NCBI GenBank assembly: GCA_963818645.1
Contig: CAWFTF010000025.1
Span: forward strand, 32,828-96,827
Direction of reading: 5' to 3'
DNA from: an uncultured Acidobacteriota bacterium
GTDB taxonomy: Bacteria; Acidobacteriota; Vicinamibacteria; Vicinamibacterales; UBA2999
Length of the DNA stretch: 64,000 nucleotides
Shown here: positions 48,111 through 56,352 of the stretch, piece after piece
Numbering within the stretch: the stretch's first letter is position 1
Layout of the letters: each line of letters starts with the position of its first letter
Notes under the pieces: generated by a model
Databases searched by the model: none
What the model was told of the DNA's origin: nothing
What the model saw: the letters and a program-made list of their open reading frames with translations, nothing else
Program-made: the position numbers and the translations under genes

Positions 48111-48602
48111 ACCAGCTGCTTCACGCGGTGGAGGCGTATCTGCGTCATACGCCGCAGGGCGAGTTTCTGCGGACGGCGAGATGGGGCTGGCCGATCTTCG
48201 AGTCGCTTGCACTTCCTCGGCATGTCCCTGCTGCTCGGAACGGTCGGCGTCTTCGACCTCCGGCTGCTCGGGTTCGCAAGGCGGATTCCGATCGCTGCGC
48301 TGCACCGGCTGATTCCGATTGGCATCTCGGGCTTCTTCATCAACCTCGTGACCGGTATCTGCTTCATCTCGGCCACGCCCGATCAATACCTGTTCAACAA
48401 GGCGTTCTACTGGAAGGTGACGTTCATCACGATTGCTGGCGTGAACGTGCTGATCTTCTACGCGCGAACATTCAGGCGATTGTTGGAGACGCCACCGGAC
48501 GTCCCACCTCCATTGTCGGCACGTCTGGCTGGCGGAGTGTCGCTGCTCGCGTGGATCGGCGTCATGTCTGCTGGACGGCTGTTGACGTTTTTCAGGCCAT
48601 AG
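48104..48602 (+). pseudogene. small 4-TM membrane protein (tandem paralogue 2), one frameshift
   Basis: A GTG 48104 start (VLDQLLHAVEAYL...WPIFESL) continues as HFLGMSLLLG... in the ORF 48207..48602 frame. The switch is near 48209. Confidence 0.65.
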
Positions 48603-48604
48603 GC

Positions 48605-48714
48605 GGTCCACAGTCCACGGTCCTCGGTCCACGAGTCTCGGTTCTGCTCGAATCCCGAATCCCGAATCGCGAACCCCGAATCCCGAATCCCGAATCCCGG
48701 ATCCCGGGCCCCGG
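48605..48714. repeat. Composite array: class C (GTCCACRG) then class B (CGAATCCC) then CCCGGGNC units
   Basis: ggtccacagtccacggtcctcggtccacgag ... ctcgaatcccgaatcccgaatcgcgaaccccgaatcccgaatcccgaatcccggatcccgggccccgg. Confidence 0.9.
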
Positions 48715-48736
48715 TCGGCTGCGGTATTCTCGACGC

Positions 48737-50149
48737 ATGAATGTTTCGCGTCTCCTGCTCGTCACGTTCATCGTCGTGGCATCGGCTTTCAACACCGGTC
48801 TGCACGCGCAGTGGAATGCGACTGCGATCGAGGCCGAAACGATGCAGCATTTTCAGGCGCTGCTGCGTCTGGACACCACCAGCCCGCCAGGAAATGAGCG
48901 ACGCGCGGTCGAATACCTGGAGCAGGTACTGAAGCGCGAGGGCATCTCCTATCAGGTGTTCGCCAAGGATCCGCAACGTCCCAACCTGGTCGCGCGCATC
49001 AAAGGCAACGGGAAGAAGCGGCCAATCCTCGTGATGGGGCACACCGATGTCGTGTCCGTCGATCCGCAGAAATGGAGCTTTCCGCCCTTTGGCGCCACCC
49101 GCGACGGCGGCTATGTGTACGGCCGCGGCGCCGTTGACGACAAAGACAGCGTCGTCGCCGGCCTGATGCTGATGCTGACACTCAAGCGCAACGGAACGGC
49201 TCTCGATCGCGACGTGATCTTCCTCGCGGAGTCGGGAGAGGAAGGGGCCCCCGAATTCGGCGCGCAGTTCATGATCGACAACCACTTCGACGCCATCGAC
49301 GCCGAGTACTGCTTTGCCGAGGGCGGCGGCGTCGCGCGCTCGGGTGGCCGCGTGACGCAGGCGACTGTGGGGACGACGGAGAAAGAGCCGCGTCCGATTC
49401 AGCTCATCGCGCATGGGACGTCGGGCCATGGCTCGGTGCCGTTGAAGGACAACGCCATTGCGCGGCTCTCGTCGGCGCTGGCGAAGATCTCCGCGTGGGT
49501 GCCTCCGTTGCAACTCAGCGAGACGACGATCGCCTACTTCAAGACGCTGGCGACTGTCGTGCCGCCCGAGATGGCGCAACGCTACAGAGATGTGCTGAGC
49601 ACCAATCCAAAGGCCGCAGCCGCAGCCGCCGAGTGGATGCTCGAGAACCAGCCACAGCACTGGTCGATGCTCCATACGTCGCTCGTCCCGACAATCATCG
49701 ATGGCGGCTATCGCTACAACGTGATTCCCTCTGAGGCGAAGGCGACCATCGACGTGCGACTGCACCCCGAAGAGGACCAGAAGACGTTTCTCGATCGCGT
49801 GCGTGCCGTCATCAACGACCCGAAGGTGGAAGTGCGATGGTCGCGCGATTCGTATCGCCCCGCTGGCGCGTCACGCCTGAACACCGAGGCGTTCACGGTG
49901 CTGCAGACGCAGCTCAAGGCGCACTACAACACGATCACGCTGCCGATGATGGGAACCGGGGCCACCGACATGTCGCAGGTTCGATCGAAGGGTGTGCAGT
50001 GCTACGGCATCGGTCCGGCGCTCGACACCGAAGACTCCGCGCGCGGCTTCGGCGCGCACAGCGACCAGGAGCGCATTCTCGAAAGCGATCTGCACCGCTT
50101 CGTGCGTTTCCAGTACGACGTGGTGATGGAGCTGGCGAGAGCGCGATAA
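48737..50149 (+). CDS. secreted M20 family metallopeptidase
   Basis: MGHTDVV and GRGAVDDKDS motifs, plus a signal peptide. Start at ATG 48737 within ORF 48032..50149. Confidence 0.9.
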   Translation: MNVSRLLLVTFIVVASAFNTGLHAQWNATAIEAETMQHFQALLRLDTTSPPGNERRAVEYLEQVLKREGISYQVFAKDPQRPNLVARIKGNGKKRPILVMGHTDVVSVDPQKWSFPPFGATRDGGYVYGRGAVDDKDSVVAGLMLMLTLKRNGTALDRDVIFLAESGEEGAPEFGAQFMIDNHFDAIDAEYCFAEGGGVARSGGRVTQATVGTTEKEPRPIQLIAHGTSGHGSVPLKDNAIARLSSALAKISAWVPPLQLSETTIAYFKTLATVVPPEMAQRYRDVLSTNPKAAAAAAEWMLENQPQHWSMLHTSLVPTIIDGGYRYNVIPSEAKATIDVRLHPEEDQKTFLDRVRAVINDPKVEVRWSRDSYRPAGASRLNTEAFTVLQTQLKAHYNTITLPMMGTGATDMSQVRSKGVQCYGIGPALDTEDSARGFGAHSDQERILESDLHRFVRFQYDVVMELARAR

Positions 50150-50218
50150 GGATCCGGGATTCGGGATTCGGGATTCGGGATTCGGGATTCGAGAGTCCAA
50201 AGCCGAGAGCCGAGAGCC
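50150..50218. repeat. Class B array in opposite orientation (GGGATTCG)5 followed by class G (CCGAGAG) units
   Basis: ggatccgggattcgggattcgggattcgggattcgggattcgagagtccaaagccgagagccgagagcc lies between convergent genes. Confidence 0.9.
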
Positions 50219-51073
50219 TATCTAAAATGCTCCGTTGACTTCTCGTTCTCGAGGCAGATGAACTCGATCAGCTCTGTGTCGAGCATGATCTCGTTCTTGA
50301 TCGTCACCGTCCACGGCCGCGTGTACACCTTGGGATCGTCGACAGTGACCTCGATGTCGAGATTGCCGTAGTTCACGCGCGTGAAGCGCTCGGTCATCTT
50401 CGCGGCGTCGGTCAGCGGACTGCCGTTCACGTCCAGCCAGCCACCATCACGGAATCCAGTGGTCTCGACCACGAGCGTGTCGCCCACCCATTTGCCGGTG
50501 GAGTAGCCGAACCACCACGGCTGCTGGTCGTTGTCAGGCAGCGGACGGCCGTCAGTGTGGATCTGCCTGATGCCCGCGTTCCCTTCATACAGGATCACGA
50601 CGATCGACGGCGTCTGAATAATCTTGCGCGGCTGCGGATGCGTGTAGAGCTGCATGTTGCCCATCGGCAGGCAATGCGCATCCGGGTTGTCCTTCATGTT
50701 GTCTGCCATGCGCTGCTTCTTGAGTGCGAGCGCTGCTGGCTGAAACGGCAGCCCACCCGGAACGCCGGATCCGATGTCGAAGAACAGCCCCGGCCCTCGC
50801 GGCAACACCGCAGGCGTGCCGGGCGCGCCGCCTGTCCCACTGACGCCGCTGCCCGCACCGATCTCACGCCAGCCCGGGCTGCCCCAGATGCCTGACAGGT
50901 CTGGCTTCCCGTCGGCCGTGCGCGGTGCTGGTGCCAGCAAGATTCGGTTTGCCGTCTGCTGTTCGCGGAACGTTGGGAGTAGGGAAGGACGGCCACTGCG
51001 CCGAGAGCGACCCGGAGCAGAACGCGACGAGCGTGACGACGGCGGCCGAGCGGAGCGCGAACGCAATATGCAT
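50218..51073 (-). pseudogene. secreted DGKPD-SG-W family protein (P280-4), one frameshift
   Basis: The signal peptide plus PNVPRTADGKPNLA (ORF 50864..51073 frame) continues as PAPRTADGKPDLSGIW...HCLPMGN...GKWVGDTLVVET...DDPKVYTRPW...EFICLENE. The switch is near 50935. Confidence 0.8.
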
Positions 51074-51076
51074 GAA

Positions 51077-52084
51077 TCAGAACATCGCGATCGGGTTGAC
51101 GGGTGAGCCGGTGCCGCGCGGGATCGGCAGCGGCGCGATCATCAACATGAATTCCCAACGCTTGCGAGCCGCGGCGGCGGCGCTGACGGCGTCGAAGTCC
51201 GCGCGATCGAGCAAGTGCACGCCGAGGATCGTCAACACGAAATTGTGCAGCGAGCTCGGGGCCAAATCTCCTGGCGGGTGCGGCGCATAGTCGGGCGTCT
51301 CCCATCCGAGTATCGCGATGTCGCGCTTCTTGAGCCACGGGATGACCGAGTTGTCGAGGCCCGCCATCGCCTCGTTGATCGGCCAGGGGCCAAGCGTCGA
51401 CCGCCGCGCCCATCGGCCCCAGCGCAGAAGCAGCGCATCACCAGCCATCGCCTTGACGCCGGCCATCTTCTCCCAGGCTTCCAGGTCTTCCGCGAAGATG
51501 CGCGTGCCCGGCTCGAGGTACGGCACGCCCTTCAGCCTCGGGATGTCGTAGAGAACTCCACGGGTGACGATCCCGTTCTTCATCGTGAGGATCGAGTTCT
51601 TCGCGGCGCCTCCGTCTTTGGTGACCAGCCGCTCGACTGGATATCCGTTCCACATCTTGCCGCCGAAGAACACGTGAGCGAACGAATCCAGGTGCGTCGT
51701 GCCGGCGCCATGAATGCACGGATAACCGATGCGGTCGGTGGCCGCCGAGGAGGTGGCCGTCACCATCGCCCATTCCACCGGGCAGGGAACGTCCACGCTT
51801 TTTTCGGTCTCGGCGTTCGACGCGAGCGACACGGCTACACCGTCTTTCACCAGTGCTGCCGCCTGTGCCCGTTTTGCTGCCGTCACCAGGTTGAGAGTGC
51901 CGAGCTCATCGTCTTTGCCCCATCGGCCCCAGTTCGAGAGCTCGGTCTGCCACCGTTCGTATTCGGCTTTCGTCACCAGGGGACGGGAGGCCGACGCGGG
52001 AGCGGAGCTGGTTTGCGACATGAGGACCACGCCGCAGGCGATGAACGACATCAGCAGCGAGCCAGACAGAGCCAGCTTTCGCAT
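51077..52084 (-). CDS. secreted cyclase family protein (arylformamidase-like)
   Basis: WGRWGKDDELGTLN and HGAGTTHLDSFAHV (HxGTHxDxxxH) motifs, plus a signal peptide. Confidence 0.85.
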   Translation of the reverse strand: MRKLALSGSLLMSFIACGVVLMSQTSSAPASASRPLVTKAEYERWQTELSNWGRWGKDDELGTLNLVTAAKRAQAAALVKDGVAVSLASNAETEKSVDVPCPVEWAMVTATSSAATDRIGYPCIHGAGTTHLDSFAHVFFGGKMWNGYPVERLVTKDGGAAKNSILTMKNGIVTRGVLYDIPRLKGVPYLEPGTRIFAEDLEAWEKMAGVKAMAGDALLLRWGRWARRSTLGPWPINEAMAGLDNSVIPWLKKRDIAILGWETPDYAPHPPGDLAPSSLHNFVLTILGVHLLDRADFDAVSAAAAARKRWEFMLMIAPLPIPRGTGSPVNPIAMF

Positions 52085-52150
52085 TGCTCCTCCTGTGTGG
52101 TGACGCGGCGCGATTATACGCTCGGCGCAACGGAGAAGAGGCTTCGTGCG

Positions 52151-53273
52151 CTAATACCTGGCGATGCGCACGCGCACCTGGCGTGGTTGTCCGGCTGCGG
52201 CTCGCGCGATCACGAACACCTCTGTCCCTCGCGCCAGGAGCCGTGGAGTCTTGAGCAGATACGGCGTTGGCCATTCTGCCGACGGATCGGTCAGCGCCAG
52301 CAGGACATCGGTGCCGCCATCAGGCCGCCGGGCCGACACTTCGAGCGTCGAGAGGCCGGCGACCATCTCGGGCTGGATCGCCCACACGCGCGTGTCGTTC
52401 GTCAGTCTGGCCCGCGTTTCGACCACGAGATCTGTCGCCGTTCGAGTTGCCGGAACCATCGCGAAGAAGACACCGAGCGTGCTGCGATCGGTTGCAGGCT
52501 CACTCGTCCCGCGGTAGTGAACGTCGACGACGATGCGAGACCGCGCGGGCAAACGATAGGCGACATCGTCAGGCAAGCTGACGAAGGTATGCCACGGTGT
52601 CCAGCTGCCGAGCCACTGTCCTGTGCTTTCGAGGCTGAACGTTGCCCCACGCACGACGCGACGATCGCCGGGCATGAACTCGAGTCCTCGCACCTGGACA
52701 GTCGCAGTCAGGCCGAGATCGATCACGACCCTTCTTTGTCGTGTCGGTCGCCTTCGCCTCAATTGCGATCGGCTGCAGCGGCCGTAAGAGGTCGGGCTGA
52801 CCCAGTTGCCAGTGATCCGTATGCGGCGTGGCGCGGATCTCTCGTGTCGCGGAAGCGTTCGGATCGACAACGTTGAGAAATACCTTGCCGCCGTTTCGCG
52901 GTCCAAGTCCTTCGACCCACGACACGAGGAACTGCGATTCGCGCAGCGTCAGGTGGTTGTCGTTGACGAAGTCACCGTATCCGGCCACTGCCGACCAGGG
53001 AGGCATGTGGCGACGCAGCACGGACGCTCGCATCGCCCGGCCCTGCAGCCACGTCTGCTCGTAGGTCTCGAGCGGAAACGACAGCCCCTTGTCCATGTGA
53101 CACATCACGCATCGTTGGTCCAGGATCCGCACGATCTCCCGATCGAACAGCACTGTCGTCGTCAGCGACCCATGCGATTGCACTCCCTGTGGCCATGCGA
53201 TGACAAGCGCAATTCCTAGAGCCAAGAGCCCAGAGACCAAAGCCGAGAGTCGGGAGCCCAGAGCCCGGCTCAT
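52151..53273 (-). pseudogene. monohaem c-type cytochrome domain protein with beta-sandwich C-terminal domain, one frameshift
   Basis: FDREIVRILDQRCVMCH (CxxCH) in the N-terminal frame. The C-terminal frame (VVIDLGLTATVQVRGLEFMPGDRRVVRGATF...) starts at ~52740. ATGA overlap with the upstream gene. Confidence 0.7.
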
Positions 53274-54340
53274 CGCTCCCGCACCTCGAACGTCGTCACG
53301 AACGTGTGGACCGTGTCGCGACGCCTGAACTGCGTCCACGCTCGATAGCGGCCAGGCTTCGGCATCAAGCCGTCGAAGATCACCCGGGGACCGCCGCGCA
53401 GTTTCTCGAGATCGGCACCCGGCGGGATCAGGAACTGCGGCATGTCTTCGTCGTCGTTCCCGCCGGGAACGATGTCGAGCGAGTGCGAGTGGACGTACTC
53501 GTTGAGGTCTTCGCTCATGATGAGCGTGTGCCCGAACGCGCCGAGGTAGGTCTGCAGATCGGTGACCGGTTGTCCTGTCGCGGTGTCTGTCAGATCGAAC
53601 TGAAGATGACCGTAGAGCCCTGCGACGAACGGCGCTGGATCGTAGCTGACCTTCGCCGTGAGATCGTCCATCGTCTGCGTGTTAATGGCATCCGGAGTGA
53701 GCCGCGCAGAGTCGCCCGCGAGATCGCCTCGGTAACCGGCTGTCACCAGCGGGCGTGCGATGAACTGTGATGCGCCACCGGCAGGAAGGAAGTCGGACAG
53801 GACCTTGTAATAGCCAGCCTTCGGCAGCGTCACGTCGATGACCCACGTGCCATCCGGCTGAAGCTCGGGATGGATGTGCTGAAAGTGAGTCATATCCTGA
53901 CTGATGACGAACAGGTGATATTGACGCTCGTGCACAGTCTCGAACTTCAGGATGCGTTCGCCTGTGCCCGGATGAGAGATGCGAAACTGCCACTTCGCGG
54001 GCTTGCCGGCCTGGACGACAGCCGGTTCGGTGGTGAGCTCGAGCCCGTAGTCGCGGACGTCGAATGGCGCACCGCGCACGAGCGCCATGCCGCAGCGCGG
54101 ACACGTGCCTGCGATGTCGAGCGTGTAGTCCGGATGCATCGGGCACACGAACGCTGTTTCAACATCGGTTGAATCGGATCCCGGGCCCCGGGCCCCGGGT
54201 CCCGGTGACTGCTGCGCCTGAACGAACAGCGTCACCAGCAGGCAGAACGACAGCGTGACGATCGCGGCGAAGGCAGGATGTGCGAGCCGCGAGCGGAACA
54301 GGAGCGACGTCCAGCGTTCAGCGATGCGGGCTCGTCGCAT
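53270..54340 (-). CDS. secreted protein with heavy-metal-binding domain (CPMHP...CPRCGM)
   Basis: FVCPMHPDYTLDIAGTCPRCGMALV, followed by Ig-like domains (HERQYHLFVISQDMTHFQHIHPE). The start (54340 or 54349) overlaps the upstream gene. Confidence 0.75.
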   Translation of the reverse strand: MRRARIAERWTSLLFRSRLAHPAFAAIVTLSFCLLVTLFVQAQQSPGPGARGPGSDSTDVETAFVCPMHPDYTLDIAGTCPRCGMALVRGAPFDVRDYGLELTTEPAVVQAGKPAKWQFRISHPGTGERILKFETVHERQYHLFVISQDMTHFQHIHPELQPDGTWVIDVTLPKAGYYKVLSDFLPAGGASQFIARPLVTAGYRGDLAGDSARLTPDAINTQTMDDLTAKVSYDPAPFVAGLYGHLQFDLTDTATGQPVTDLQTYLGAFGHTLIMSEDLNEYVHSHSLDIVPGGNDDEDMPQFLIPPGADLEKLRGGPRVIFDGLMPKPGRYRAWTQFRRRDTVHTFVTTFEVRER

Positions 54341-56256
54341 TGCCCTCATACGTGCCCGTGCCTGGGCCAGGCAGTTCGTCGGCGCGCGGGCCCGTGTAGC
54401 GCGCGACGTGAAGACCGGTGTCGTTATCCACCCAGTAGATGAGGCCGTCCTTGAAGACGGGGTAGGTGCGCGCGACACCCTGCGGCACCGTCAGCGCGTG
54501 ACCTACTTCGCGCGGCGTGTACGGATTCGAGATGTCGATGACGCGCAGGCCGTGCGCGTACCAGGTCGTGAACACGAGGTTCTTGAAGATCGTCGGATTG
54601 TGATTCTGCTGCGGGATGCGACGACGAGGCTGACCGTTTGGCTCTGTCGTCGCCTGCGTGAGGCATTCCTCGATCTGATTGTCGGGAATCGCGAATGCGC
54701 CCACCATGATCGGCACCATCTCGGATTCGACGGACACCATGCGCGCGTAGTTGAGAGGGCAGCCGCCGTTCTCGTCGCTCAACCAGACGTACGCCGGACG
54801 ATCTTTGGTGTTGCCGCGCACGCGAGCCGGTCTGGCAGGCACGAACACTGCGCTGTGCGTGCCCGTCGGCGAGGCGTTCACGGGCGGATACACGTCAAAG
54901 CGCGATCTCGTCATGAGCACGAGGTAGCGCGCAGCCTTCGCTTCCGGCGATGCATTCGACGCGAGGAAAGCCTTCAGACCCGGATCGTTGTTGACCACCA
55001 TGTGCAGGCAGTCGTTGGCGATCTGCGGAATCTTCGCCCCGTCCAGCACACCGTTGGCCGAGACGATGGTCGATCGCTGGTTGCAGCCGGCGGACTCCTG
55101 TCGCCAGCATCGCGTCGCGGGAGTGCGCGATCTTCTCTGAGTCGAGCACATAGAAGCCAGCTGTTGTCCCCGCCACATACACCCGCTCGCCATCGTCAGT
55201 CACCGATACCGAGTGCAGGCGGTTCTGTTCGCGGTTCTGAAAGTTGCCCGCCTGGCCGAGTCCGTTCTTGGAATCACTGAAATCGAGGAAGCGCCCGTCG
55301 GAGAAGAGGCCTGTCGCGTCAGGACGCTCGTCGATCGGCGGACCGCCGACTTCCTGGAGCGTGAAGCCCGCAAGGAACTTCGGCTTCATCAGCATCTCGC
55401 CGGTGTCTTCGTCGGTCACGGCCATGACGAGGAGGTCGGGCACCTTCAGTCCAGGGCTCGTGGGGTCGGGGACACCGCCAGTCCAGTTCGTCATGTAAAC
55501 GAGGACACGGTTCGTATTCGACGGATCGTGCCAGAGGAAGAACTCGTGCGACTGCGAATAGAAGTCCACGACCTCGCTCTTCGCGGTCGGCTGGCACGTG
55601 TTCATGTCGATGCGGTACGCCTCCATGCGACCGAGCGTGTTGGTGCCCGCGTTGCGCACGAGGATGTAGCGGTCCTCTCCACGTGAGGTCTTGTAGACCA
55701 GCGACCGCAGCTCGCGGTCGTCGAAGCCTTCGTTGCCTTCGACCATCGCCGGGATCTCACCGACGACAACCGGTTGCTGCTTTGCGGGGTCGGGCTGAAT
55801 CTTCAGGATGTTGACTGCGTGCTTGACGCCGGCGCCGTTCGAGTGCCCGACGAAGACGCAATTGCCGGCGACGCCGAGCCCGCGGCCATCGCCGGCTCCG
55901 TCGAGGTCGCCTCCACGCCACGCGCCGGTCGCTGGATCGCGCTCGGAGGGAATCAACGGCACCCAGTGAATGTGCTCGAGATTGCGAAAGAGGAAGAGCC
56001 GCTTCTCGACCTCGAAGGCACCCGCCTTCGCGTCCGCCTCAGACGAATGCGGATCGATCTGGCCTTGACGGTTGACGCGCACCGAGGGCATCTGCGCCAT
56101 CGGCGTGTCGAAGGTGCTCGGCTGACAGCCGGCAGGATCCCTCGAGTGGTCAACGCACTGCTGGTCGGCTGAGGCGGTCCGGCTGAGGCCGGACACCACA
56201 TACAGGCCGATGGCCCCGAGCACACAAATGGTCAAACGCGCGAGATGGCGTTTCAT
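54318..56256 (-). pseudogene. LVIVD-repeat beta-propeller protein, one frameshift
   Basis: Signal anchor MKRHLARLTICVLGAIGLYVV; ...YVLDSEKIAHSRDAMLA (frame 1) continues as QESAGCNQRSTIVSANGVLD...AHGLRVIDISNPYTPREV (frame 2) near 55104. Confidence 0.7.
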
Positions 56257-56269
56257 GCGCGGCAGTATA

Positions 56270-56352
56270 CAAACTCCCAACTCCCAACTCCCAACGACCA
56301 ACTTCCAACACGTTGGAGGTTGGGCGTTGGCGCACGTATCAGATTGGGAGTT
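56270..56352. repeat. Octamer-repeat hairpin, class A
   Basis: caaactcccaactcccaactcccaacgaccaacttccaaca / cgttggaggttgggcgttggcgcacgtatcagattgggagtt lies between two co-oriented minus-strand genes. Confidence 0.8.

Noticed and set aside
4277-56256. Frameshifts as programmed recoding or genuine pseudogenes
   Set aside because: The switch sites show no slippery heptamer or downstream-structure pattern. They affect unrelated gene classes at a uniform density, and both halves remain fully conserved-looking. Assembly indels are the simpler explanation, although this cannot be proven without reads.
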